Assembly: GCF_965205175.1 (NCBI RefSeq)
Contig: NZ_OZ242038.1
Location: 2,462,627-2,526,626, forward strand
Length of the DNA: 64,000 nucleotides
Direction: 5' to 3'
From: Candidatus Poriferisodalis sp.
GTDB lineage: Bacteria; Actinomycetota; Acidimicrobiia; Acidimicrobiales; Poriferisodalaceae
The number at the start of each line of letters is the position of its first letter. Within the stretch, counting starts at the first letter, position 1. Below the pieces are notes generated by a model. It saw only the letters and a list, made by a program, of their open reading frames with translations. It was not told the origin of the DNA and did no database searches. This document shows positions 37,698 to 46,474 of the stretch, piece by piece. The translations under genes and the position numbers were made by a program.

Positions 37698-37742
37698 GTC
37701 TCAGGCTGCCTCGTCTCAGGCTGCCTCGTCTCGGGCTGCGTC
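37698..37742. repeat. 15-nt tandem repeat, two perfect copies and one degenerate copy
   Basis: Plus strand gtctcaggctgcctc at 37698-37712 and 37713-37727, then gtctcgggctgcgtc at 37728-37742. Confidence 0.85.
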
Positions 37743-38000
37743 TCGGCGCTGGCGACGTTGAGCCCAGCGACGATCTCGCTCGTCGCGCAAGCGCTGCTCG
37801 GCAATGGCCATCTGGCGCTTGCCGTCCCGCCAAGCCGCTCGCAAGTCGCGGCGCATCTGACGGGCAGTGCCCATGACATTGGCCGTCCCTCGCACTGGTG
37901 CGTAACGATCCAGGAGCGAGCGAAGCCGCCGTTGCAGCCATAACGACGCGGCGGCGCCCAGTCCTGCGCCCAAGGTCATCCAGCGCAGCCGTTTCAGCAT
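37716..38000 (-). CDS. Small membrane-anchored basic protein; function unknown
   Basis: 94 aa from the ATG at 38000. MLKRLRWMTLGAGLGAAASLWLQRRL, then an Arg-rich helical tail. Adjacent to the DUF948-like gene (its stop is at 38002). Confidence 0.5.
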   Translation of the reverse strand: MLKRLRWMTLGAGLGAAASLWLQRRLRSLLDRYAPVRGTANVMGTARQMRRDLRAAWRDGKRQMAIAEQRLRDERDRRWAQRRQRRDAARDEAA

Positions 38001-38001
38001 C

Positions 38002-38439
38002 TCAACGCTCCGTTTCCCGCCTATCGCCAGAAGTCTCGCTGCGGGCCGCGGACCCCCTGCCAGTGGGAGCATCACGCTTCGCCGCGCCGCTCGTGTTGTC
38101 GCCGGACTGCGATCCACGCAACGCGGACAGCGCCGAACGGACCTTGTCCACAGGCGCTGCGGCAACGCGGGCGGTGGCCGCCCCGGCGGACTCGGCCAGA
38201 CCGGCGACCTTTTGCGCGAGGTTCATCAGGTCGCGCAGCCGGCCGATCTCGACTTGGGCCATCTCGGCAGTCTCCGCGAGCTGGCGCAACGCCGGCTCGA
38301 CTCGGGCATCGAAGTCCTCCAGCTTGCGTCGGAACTCTCGAATCAACGCGAACGCTTGAGCCAGCACCGCGACGAGCGCGGCCAAGGCGACCAGCACGCA
38401 CACGGTCACCACCACGGCTGCGAGGTCCCCGCCGGTCAC
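38002..38439 (-). CDS. DUF948-like membrane-anchored coiled-coil protein
   Basis: 145 aa. N-terminal TM LAAVVVTVCVLVALAALVAVLAQAF followed by helical EFRRKLEDFDARVEPALRQLAETAEMAQVEI. GTGA overlap with the aspS stop. Confidence 0.6.
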   Translation of the reverse strand: MTGGDLAAVVVTVCVLVALAALVAVLAQAFALIREFRRKLEDFDARVEPALRQLAETAEMAQVEIGRLRDLMNLAQKVAGLAESAGAATARVAAAPVDKVRSALSALRGSQSGDNTSGAAKRDAPTGRGSAARSETSGDRRETER

Positions 38440-40319
38440 GAGCGCTCCTCGCCGGACGTGTCGGCCGCTGTGCTGCTGCTCGCGTCGTGGTGCTCGTGGT
38501 GTTGTTCGTCGTCAGGTGCGACGACGGCAAGGCCCAGCTCCTCCAGCTGCGCCGCTGAGATACGGCTCGGGGCGTTGGTGAGCGGGTCCGCGCCGGACTG
38601 ACTCTTGGGGAAGGCGATGACCTCGCGGATGTTCTCCTCGCCGCACAGCAACGCCGTCAGCCGGTCGATGCCGAAGGCGAAGCCGGCATGAGGCGGTGCC
38701 CCGAATCGGAATGCGTCCAGCAGGAAGCCGAAACGCTCCTGCGCAGCAGCGGGGTCGATGCCGAGCAGATCGAAGATCTGCTGCTGCACGTCGCTTCGGT
38801 GGATCCGGACGCTGCCCGAACCCAGTTCCCAGCCGTTGAGGACCAAGTCGTACGCCTGCGATCGCACGCTGAGCAGCGCGTCAGCATCCACGTCCTCGCC
38901 TCGTGTCATGCGCTGTGCTGCTGCTGCAACAGCCTCGAGGTCGTCGGGGTGAGGCATCGTGAAGGGATGGTGCGCCGGGATCGGAACGCCGTCGGCGCTC
39001 AGGTCCTCGAACAGCGGAAAGTCGGTCACCCACACGAAGCACAGGCCGCCTTCGTTCACCGGCGGGCGGCCCAGTTCCAACCGCAGCAGTCCGAGCACGC
39101 CGCTCGCCCGGCGCCAGGTATCGGCCACCAAGTAGCACATGTCGCCCGGCTCGGCGCCTAGGCGCTCCAGCACGCCGCTGACCTCGGCGTCGGACATGAA
39201 CTTCGCGACCGGCGAAGTGACGGCCAGCCTGCCTGCCGCTGCGCTGCGGGCCCCGTCGGGCAGCGGCGCACCGGTGCCTACCCGCATCCACACGAGTCCC
39301 GGTGCGCCCCATCGTCGGCACTGAGCGGTGAGGTCGTCCACTGCGTTGCGGCTGATGCCGCCGCCGCCGGGAACCCGAATGCCGCGCACCGCAGGCGCCT
39401 TGAAGGCGTTGAAGCCGGTGTCGGCGAACAGATCGCTCAGCTCGACGATCTCCAGCCCGAAGCGCAAGTCCGGCTTGTCTGTGCCGTAGCGGTCGATCGC
39501 CTCCCGCCACGTGATCTCGGGCATGGCGCCGGGGCGCGCCCCGGTGATCTCCTGCACTGCCTGGGCCACGGCCTCGCTGATCACGGCCCGCACCTGCGGA
39601 CCGTCGGCGAAGCTCATCTCCAGGTCGAGCTGGGTGAACTCGAACTGGCGGTCGGCCCGCAAGTCCTCGTCTCGCAGGCAGCGGGCGATCTGGTAGTAGC
39701 GGTCGATGCCGCCCACCATGCACAGCTGCTTGAACAGCTGCGGACTCTGCGGCAGGGCGTAGAAGCGGCCGCGGTGCAGCCGGCTGGGCACCACGAAGTC
39801 GCGGGCGCCTTCGGGCGTGGAGGCCACCAGCGTGGGCGTCTCCACTTCGATGAACTCCGCTGCTTCCACCGAGCGGCGGATGGCCGAGTTCACCCGCGCC
39901 CGCTTCACGAGGTTGGCGTGCATGCGCGGGTTGCGCAGATCCAGGTAGCGGTGGCGGATGCGCAGCGTCTCGTCCACTTCGGTGCGACCGTCGATCCGGA
40001 ACGGCGGCGGCGCCGAACGCGACAGCACGTCCACGGTGGCGTTGCCGATCTCCACCTCGCCGGTGGCCAACTCCGGATTGGCGGTGTCGGCAGGCCGCTC
40101 ACGCACGGTGCCCGTCACCGCCAGCACGTACTCCGGGCGCAGGTCGTGAGCGTGGTCCACCACGCACTGCACGATGCCGGTGCGGTCGCGCACGTCCACG
40201 AAGGCCAGGTGCTCGCCGTGCTCGCGGCGACGCGAGACCCAGCCGCACACCGTGACCTCCCGGCCGATGTCGGCGCGGCCGAGCCGTCCGCAGTAGTCGG
40301 TTCGCATGGGAGTGTCCAC
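38436..40319 (-). CDS. aspS: Aspartate--tRNA ligase
   Basis: 627 aa. N-terminal OB fold (VTVCGWVSRRREHGEHLAFVDVRDRTGIVQ) and class II motifs FYALPQSPQLFKQ, FEFTQLD, and GGGLCF.. / GFAFGIDRL. The start is either the GTG at 40319 or the ATG at 40307. Confidence 0.95.
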   Translation of the reverse strand: MDTPMRTDYCGRLGRADIGREVTVCGWVSRRREHGEHLAFVDVRDRTGIVQCVVDHAHDLRPEYVLAVTGTVRERPADTANPELATGEVEIGNATVDVLSRSAPPPFRIDGRTEVDETLRIRHRYLDLRNPRMHANLVKRARVNSAIRRSVEAAEFIEVETPTLVASTPEGARDFVVPSRLHRGRFYALPQSPQLFKQLCMVGGIDRYYQIARCLRDEDLRADRQFEFTQLDLEMSFADGPQVRAVISEAVAQAVQEITGARPGAMPEITWREAIDRYGTDKPDLRFGLEIVELSDLFADTGFNAFKAPAVRGIRVPGGGGISRNAVDDLTAQCRRWGAPGLVWMRVGTGAPLPDGARSAAAGRLAVTSPVAKFMSDAEVSGVLERLGAEPGDMCYLVADTWRRASGVLGLLRLELGRPPVNEGGLCFVWVTDFPLFEDLSADGVPIPAHHPFTMPHPDDLEAVAAAAQRMTRGEDVDADALLSVRSQAYDLVLNGWELGSGSVRIHRSDVQQQIFDLLGIDPAAAQERFGFLLDAFRFGAPPHAGFAFGIDRLTALLCGEENIREVIAFPKSQSGADPLTNAPSRISAAQLEELGLAVVAPDDEQHHEHHDASSSTAADTSGEERS

Positions 40320-40320
40320 T

Positions 40321-40362
40321 GGGCTGGTCTTTCCGGGCTGGTCTTTGCGGGCTGGTCTTTGC
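40321..40362. repeat. 14-nt tandem repeat (three copies and a degenerate fourth) abutting the aspS start
   Basis: Plus strand gggctggtctttcc, gggctggtctttgc, gggctggtctttgc, then the degenerate gggcgagtctctc. Confidence 0.9.
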
Positions 40363-40421
40363 GGGCGAGTCTCTCGGGTGGCCGGGTCGTTGTGGATGCG
40401 TCGTTGTCGGGTTCGTGGTGA

Positions 40422-41798
40422 TCAGGCGCCGTTCGATTCGCCGACGACAGCGGGCGCCGGCGAATTCAGCGCATCGAAGACGTCCCTCAGCGTGCTCGCC
40501 AAGCTGCTCCGCTGCACGGTCTGCTGCGCCATCTGGGTGCCCGTACCGTCGGGACATCGCAGCGGGCGGACTGTGACGGTGCCTGCGGCAGCTTCGTCGG
40601 CCCCCACGATCAGCGCGATCTCTGCACCGGAACGGTCCGCGGCGCGCATCTGCGCACGCATCGACCGGTCGTCGAAGCAGCGGTCGGCTCGGATGCCCAA
40701 GCCTCGCAGGTAGTGGCTGAGGTCGCGAGCGGCCGCTCCCCCCGTCGTGTCGATCACCCACACCTCCGCTCGACGGTGTGGCACCTCGAAGACGCCTTCG
40801 GCGTCGCAGGCCAGCAACAGACGCTCGATGCCCAGCGCGAAGCCGATGCCCGGCGTCGGCGGGCCGCCGAGCGCCTCCACCAGGCCGTTGTAGCGCCCGC
40901 CGCCGCAGATCGCGTTCTGCGCGGCGTCGAGGCCGGTTGCACGGAACTCGAACGTGGTGCGGGTGTAGTAGTCCAGACCCCGCACCAGTCGGTGCTCGAG
41001 GTGGTGTTCGATGCCGAGTGCGTCGAGGCCGCTGCGCACCCGCTCGAAGTGGGACGCGGTCTCGGTGGTCAGGTAGTCGGCGATCCGTGGGGCCTCGTCC
41101 GCCACGGCAGCGGTCGCGGTCCGCTTGGAGTCCAAGATGCGCAGCGGGTGACGCTCGATCTTGTCTCGGTCTTGCGGATCCAGGTCTGCTCTGCGCCGGT
41201 GCAGGTAGGCAGTGAGCGCATCGCCGTACGCGGCGCGGGTGTCGGCGTCGCCCATCGAGTTCACCGCCAGCGGCGCTCGCTGCAGCCCGACCGCGTCGAA
41301 GAACGTCGCCGCGAGCGCGATGATCTCGACGTCCGCGTCAGGGTCGTCGGTGCCGAGCGTCTCGGCGCCGATTTGGTGGAACTGCCGGAAGCGGCCGGCC
41401 TGGGGCGCCTCGTAGCGGAAGAACGGTCCTTGGTACCACACCTTCCACGGCGTGGTCGGGCGGTGCTGTGCGAACGCGCGGCACACCGACGCAGTGCATT
41501 CGGGGCGCAGCGCCAGGTGGCGGTCGCTGCGGTCGAAGAACTCGTACATCTCCTTGCCCACCACGTCGGTGCCTTCGCCGATGCGAGCGAACACGCCGAC
41601 ATCCTCGAAAATCGGCGTCGCCACGTAGTCGAAGCCGGCCCGCTCGGCCGCAGCGACGAACGCCCCCATCAGCGCCACCCAGCGGCCCGACTCGGGCGGC
41701 ATGAGGTCGTGCGTACCGATGGGCGTCCGGAACGACCTCGGCGCCGCCGCGTCTGCGACGCCGAGCGCGCCTAGAGAAGTGGGCTGCGGGCCGGACAT
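40422..41798 (-). CDS. hisS: Histidine--tRNA ligase
   Basis: 458 aa. GTHDLMPPE...MYEFFDRSDRHLALRPE.T....R...., RFRQFHQIGAE, GGGRYNGL. Confidence 0.95.
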   Translation of the reverse strand: MSGPQPTSLGALGVADAAAPRSFRTPIGTHDLMPPESGRWVALMGAFVAAAERAGFDYVATPIFEDVGVFARIGEGTDVVGKEMYEFFDRSDRHLALRPECTASVCRAFAQHRPTTPWKVWYQGPFFRYEAPQAGRFRQFHQIGAETLGTDDPDADVEIIALAATFFDAVGLQRAPLAVNSMGDADTRAAYGDALTAYLHRRRADLDPQDRDKIERHPLRILDSKRTATAAVADEAPRIADYLTTETASHFERVRSGLDALGIEHHLEHRLVRGLDYYTRTTFEFRATGLDAAQNAICGGGRYNGLVEALGGPPTPGIGFALGIERLLLACDAEGVFEVPHRRAEVWVIDTTGGAAARDLSHYLRGLGIRADRCFDDRSMRAQMRAADRSGAEIALIVGADEAAAGTVTVRPLRCPDGTGTQMAQQTVQRSSLASTLRDVFDALNSPAPAVVGESNGA

Positions 41799-41869
41799 GA
41801 CCCGCGCAGGCTACGGCCCTGCGGTGACCTGCTCCGCCGGCGCCCCGGTCGGGCGGTTGCGCGCGTCGT

Positions 41870-44107
41870 TCAGTACTCGGTGCGGGCGAGGCCTTCGATG
41901 GTGCGGTACGCGTCGAACACGCCGGGCACGTCTCGCAGTGCCGCGAGCAGCTGGTCGAGCAGGATCGGGTCGCCGACTTCGACCTCGAACTGCATCACGG
42001 CCACTTGGTCGTCGCCGACGAACGTCTCGCAGCTGGCCACCGACAGGTCATGGCGGCCCGAGACCACCTGCACCACGTCGAGCAGCAGCCGGTTGCGGTC
42101 CAAGCCGCGGACTTCCAGCGCTGCGACGAACTCGCCCGCCCACGTCTCGTCCCATTCCACCTCGACTTGACGGGCGCCCGATGCCGTGGCCAGCTCGGCC
42201 GCATTGGCGCAGTCGGCACGATGCACCGAGATGCCGCGCCCGCTCGTCGCGAAGCCCAGCGTCTCGTCGCCGCGCACGGGGCTGCAGCAGCGGGCCAGCC
42301 GTACCAGTGCGTCGTCGTGACCCTCGACGTGTACGCCGGCGGAGCGGCGGCGCCGCGAGCCCCGCTGGCGTGCAGGACGCGCCGGCAGCTGCGCCCCGTC
42401 GCCTTCGCCTCGCAGGTTGCTGATGAGCCGCTTCGCCACGGAGTGCGGGCGCACATCGCCCTTGCCGACCGCTTCGAAGAGCTGATCCGGGTCGGCCCGG
42501 CTGAACTGCTGTGCCACGGCCCGCATCTCGTCGCCGTCGATGAGCAGCGGCGCAATGAGCCCTTCGGAGCGCAGCTCGTCGGTGACGGCCTCCCGGCCGG
42601 CAGCCTCCCACTCCGACCGCTCGGTGCGAGCGAACCAGCGTCGGATGCTGTTGCGGGCACGCGGCGTGACCGCGACGTCCAGCCAGTCCCGAGACGGCCG
42701 CGTGCCGGCATCGTCGGAGGTGAACGCCTCGACCGTGTCGCCCGAGCGCAGGCGCCGATCCAGCGGCACCAGCCGGCCGTCGATCTTGGCGCCGATGAGC
42801 GAATCGCCAATGTCGGTGTGGATGCTGTACGCGAAGTCGATGGGAGTGGCATCGGCCGGAAGCGTGATCACGTCGCCCTTGGGCGTGAACACGTACACCT
42901 CGCCGTGGCCGAGGTCGCTGGCGATAGTGCGCATGAACTCGGCCGGGTTGTCGGACTCGGCCTGCCACTCGACCAGCCGGCTCAGCCAAGGCATGTCGGC
43001 CTCGGCGGCGGGGCTGCCGTTGCGATCCGCCTTGTAGCGCCAGTGAGCTGCCACGCCGAACTCGGCACGCTGGTGCATCTCATGGGTGCGGATCTGCACC
43101 TCCACTGCGGTGCCCGAGGGACCCACCACGGTGGTGTGCAGCGACTGGTAGAGGTTGAACTTGGGCATGGCGATGTAGTCCTTGAACCGGCCGGTCACCG
43201 GCTTCCAGGTCGCATGAATGGAGCCCAGCGCTGCGTAGGCGTCGCGGATGGTCGGCACCACTACCCGTATGCCGACGAGGTCGAAGATCTCGTCGAATGA
43301 GCGATTCTTGATGACCATCTTCTCATAGACGCTCCAGTGGTGCTTCTTGCGACCCGTGACGGCGGCGTCGATGCGCATGCGGGACAGCTGCCGGCGGACC
43401 TCGTCCAGCACTTGGTCCACGTAGCGCTCATGGGTGGGCGCGCGCTCAGCGAGCATGCGGTCGATCTCGGCGTAGCGCTTCGGGTAGAGCGCAGCGAACG
43501 CGAGGTCCTCGAGTTCGTCGCGCACCTGCGCCACGCCCAGCCGGTCAGCGAGCGGAGCGTAGATGTCGAGCGTCTCACGGGCCACGTCGGCCTGCTTGGC
43601 AGCGCCGAGCGCCCCGATCGTGCGCATGTTGTGCAGCCGGTCCGACAGCTTGATCATCAACACACGAGGGTCGTTGGCGATCGCCACCAGCATCTTGCGC
43701 AAGGTGGCGGCCTGGCGTGCCTGCTTGGACGCGAAGCGCACCTTGTCGAGCTTGGTGACCCCGTCCACGAGCGCAGCTACCTCGGGGCCGAACTCGTCGG
43801 CCAGCCCGACCAGCTCCACACTGGTGTCCTCCACGGCGTCATGCAGCAGCGCGGCGGCAATCGAGGTGTCGTCGAGGCCGAGGTCGGCGACCACCCGGGC
43901 CACCGCCACCGGATGGGTGATGTAGGCCTCGCCGGTGCGGCGTCGCTGGCCCTCGTGCGCTTGTGCCGCCGCTTCGTAGGCCCGGATCACCAGCTCCGGC
44001 GACTGCTTCGGCCAGCGCTGCCGGTAGCGCTCCACCACCGGCGAGATGTCGGCGGCGATCGTGCTGGCGGAGCGCCGCCACGGCAGGACGCGCGACACCG
44101 CGGACAT
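41870..44107 (-). CDS. relA: Bifunctional (p)ppGpp synthetase/hydrolase (RelA/SpoT homologue)
   Basis: 745 aa. HD domain (YITHPVAVARVV...LLHDAVEDT), a synthetase region (DLVGIRVVV...YQSLHTTV), and TGS and ACT-like C-terminal domains. Confidence 0.95.
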   Translation of the reverse strand: MSAVSRVLPWRRSASTIAADISPVVERYRQRWPKQSPELVIRAYEAAAQAHEGQRRRTGEAYITHPVAVARVVADLGLDDTSIAAALLHDAVEDTSVELVGLADEFGPEVAALVDGVTKLDKVRFASKQARQAATLRKMLVAIANDPRVLMIKLSDRLHNMRTIGALGAAKQADVARETLDIYAPLADRLGVAQVRDELEDLAFAALYPKRYAEIDRMLAERAPTHERYVDQVLDEVRRQLSRMRIDAAVTGRKKHHWSVYEKMVIKNRSFDEIFDLVGIRVVVPTIRDAYAALGSIHATWKPVTGRFKDYIAMPKFNLYQSLHTTVVGPSGTAVEVQIRTHEMHQRAEFGVAAHWRYKADRNGSPAAEADMPWLSRLVEWQAESDNPAEFMRTIASDLGHGEVYVFTPKGDVITLPADATPIDFAYSIHTDIGDSLIGAKIDGRLVPLDRRLRSGDTVEAFTSDDAGTRPSRDWLDVAVTPRARNSIRRWFARTERSEWEAAGREAVTDELRSEGLIAPLLIDGDEMRAVAQQFSRADPDQLFEAVGKGDVRPHSVAKRLISNLRGEGDGAQLPARPARQRGSRRRRSAGVHVEGHDDALVRLARCCSPVRGDETLGFATSGRGISVHRADCANAAELATASGARQVEVEWDETWAGEFVAALEVRGLDRNRLLLDVVQVVSGRHDLSVASCETFVGDDQVAVMQFEVEVGDPILLDQLLAALRDVPGVFDAYRTIEGLARTEY

Positions 44108-44295
44108 TGCCCTAGGCCTGCTGCTCGTGCAGGCGCGCGACGCTGGTCGGCCCGAGACGGCGCAAGCTCATGGGCTCATTCTGCCCTCGATCCAAGCCAA
44201 GATTCGCGCGTCCGGAGTTCGCGCATCTTCAAGGTCGCGCCTGGTGACGGCTGCCTGCTTGAGGTTCCGGCACCCGACCACTGGCGGGGACTTGC

Positions 44296-45933
44296 CTAGC
44301 CGTTGGTGCGGGCAGGCTCGGGGGCGGTGAACGCGAAGTCGTCGCCGTCGCATTGTTCGAGCTTTGCTTCGAGTGCGTCTTGCTCAACGGTGTCGATGGC
44401 GAGATCCCAGCGTGTCTTGACCGCGATCCAGTCCACTGCGTACTGGCAGTGGTACTCATCGTTGGGCGGCCACCACTCTCCCGGGTCGCGTGCGCCCTTG
44501 CTGCGATTGGTGGAATAGCTGACGGCGATGAGCGCCCGCGGATCGCCAAGGTCGTTGCCGAAGCGCTTCCACCTGTCCTCAGACCAAGCGTGGCCGCCGG
44601 AATCCCAAGCTTCCGCCAGCGGCACGAGGTGGTCGATGTCGAGCTGTGAAGCGGTCTCGACCACGGTGTTGTCGTAGGCGGAGTACCAGCTGCCGTCGGG
44701 CAGCTGCTCGTCGGCGAGGACATGCTGCCGCGTGGTCTTGCCGCCGCTGCGGCGCCAATCGCCGAACACCGCGTCTCGGTTGTATCCGCTGCGCATCTCC
44801 GCTTCGACCCGCAGACGCTCGAACAAGCCGATCACGCTGCGGCGGCGTTCGAGGTCGGCAGCTTCGGCTTCCGGGTCGCGAACCGACGCATCGGGGAACG
44901 TGACCGGCGGCAGCACCGTCGTCGCCACGGAGGTCGTCGGTGCAGCGGACTCGTCGCCGTTGTCGTCCCGCAGCAGCCTGAGGCCGCGCTCGGCGAGAAA
45001 CTCCAGCACTTCGGTGCCGGGGATGGCAATGCCGAGCGTGCCCCCCTCGCCCTCGTAGCCGCCGGTGGGCACCCCGACCAGGCGACCGGTCGCGTCGAAC
45101 ATCGCTCCACCGCTGACACCCGAGTCCAGCAGTGCATCGACTTTTAGCTGCCGGTGACCCGCAGGACTGACACTGGTGCCCGAGAAGGTGCCGCTGGTCA
45201 GCGTGAGCGTCTGCTGGCTCTGGCCGAAGCCCGGATAGCCCAAGATCGTGATCTGTGCCCCCAACGCCAGATCGTCCCGCTCGACCTGAAGCGGTGGAGC
45301 GGAGCAGAGCCCCGCTGCGGACAGACGCAGCACCGCTAGGTCCCGAGCCGAGTCGTCGGCTTCGAGTTCGGCTGGCTGCCAGCAGTCCGGCGGATCCTCG
45401 AAGCGCTGTGCGAACCCGATGACGACATCGCAGACCGCGCCATCGGTCTCGGACCGCACGACGTGCGAGTTCGTCAACGCGAATCCGCCGTCGCCGACGA
45501 CGATGCCCGAGCCGGCCTGGTCGCACCCCTCGGAGTAGACCTGTACCACCGACCGCGCAAGCCGCTCCCAGTCGGGCACCTCTTCGTCGGTGACGGCCGG
45601 TGTCCCGGGAACAGTGACGGCCGGCGCCTCGTCGGGCGGCGGGTCATCGCTGGGAGCGCTCTCGTCGTCCGGTCCGCCCAGCACCGTCGGCGCCGTCGGC
45701 GCTTCGCTTCCGGCGTTTGCGGGTCCGTCTGCCGGCGCATCAGGCTCGTCGCGTGGCAGTGAGGTGTCCGCAACGCTCGTCGCGACCGGAGTCGCTTCGT
45801 CACGCGACGCAGGCTCGGCACCAGCGGTGTCGCTGTCGTCTTCTAGAAGGGCGCCGGCGAAAGCGACCACCACCAACAGTGAGGCCAGCGCGCCCAGACC
45901 AGCGAGTACCGGCTTGCGCTTTGCCCAAGCCAT
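44296..45933 (-). CDS. Membrane-anchored trypsin-like serine protease fused to a DUF1524-type (His-Me finger) nuclease domain
   Basis: 545 aa. TM LAGLGALASLLVVVAFAGALL. Protease triad contexts LTNSHVV, DLAVLRL and DSGVSGGAMF. C-terminal nuclease motif LDIDHLVPLAEAWDSGGHAWS...NDLGDPRALIAVSYSTNRSKGARDPGEWWPP. Confidence 0.8.
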   Translation of the reverse strand: MAWAKRKPVLAGLGALASLLVVVAFAGALLEDDSDTAGAEPASRDEATPVATSVADTSLPRDEPDAPADGPANAGSEAPTAPTVLGGPDDESAPSDDPPPDEAPAVTVPGTPAVTDEEVPDWERLARSVVQVYSEGCDQAGSGIVVGDGGFALTNSHVVRSETDGAVCDVVIGFAQRFEDPPDCWQPAELEADDSARDLAVLRLSAAGLCSAPPLQVERDDLALGAQITILGYPGFGQSQQTLTLTSGTFSGTSVSPAGHRQLKVDALLDSGVSGGAMFDATGRLVGVPTGGYEGEGGTLGIAIPGTEVLEFLAERGLRLLRDDNGDESAAPTTSVATTVLPPVTFPDASVRDPEAEAADLERRRSVIGLFERLRVEAEMRSGYNRDAVFGDWRRSGGKTTRQHVLADEQLPDGSWYSAYDNTVVETASQLDIDHLVPLAEAWDSGGHAWSEDRWKRFGNDLGDPRALIAVSYSTNRSKGARDPGEWWPPNDEYHCQYAVDWIAVKTRWDLAIDTVEQDALEAKLEQCDGDDFAFTAPEPARTNG

Positions 45934-46474
45934 GAACCTGCGCCCGCTGGTCCCGCAAGCAGCAGTGGGTGCTGGCGACCGCCGAGCGCGCGCGGAGGCG
46001 TGTCCTCGCTCAGGCGGTGGCGCAGCGCCTCGCTTTGTGGGCGGCGGCGCCGGAGGCGCAGTGTGCGCTGGCGGGGCAACGCGTGGCCGAACACGCGGCG
46101 ATCGGTCGCCAGCGGGGCCTTGCTCTAGGTGCTGCCCCGATTCTCGAGGCGGCGGCCGACGCGAGGTCGGCTCAGGCCGCAGTGGATTGCCGCGGCCGGG
46201 TCGCGGTCGCCCGGGCCGTGGAGGCCTCGGCTCAGACAGCGACCCGCTCCGCGCTATGCGTCACGCCAACCGCAGTTGAAGACTGGCGCGCCAGCACCCG
46301 AACAGTCACGTTTGGCGCTGGGTCGGTGCATCGACCAGCAATACGCCCCGCGGCACGGTTGTCAAGTCAACCAGAACCGCACCGGCAATGCTGAGAGTGG
46401 CGCTCACCGACCCGGCTTGCCCAGCAGCACGGGGCTCAACTCGGGGCCGAAGTACGGCACAACGCCGGCAGCGG

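Noticed and set aside
44200-44295. Possible terminator hairpin (GCGCG-N9-CGCGC) downstream of the protease-nuclease gene
   Set aside because: It has only a 5-bp stem, a large loop and no U-tract, which is too weak to call.
45969-46394. 141-aa plus-strand ORF in the ~540-nt gap between the protease-nuclease gene and the operon end; its first ~95 codons have high GC3
   Set aside because: It has no motif, no SD and no recognisable fold signature. High GC3 also arises by chance in this genome. I leave the gap unannotated; a small regulator or an sRNA cannot be excluded.
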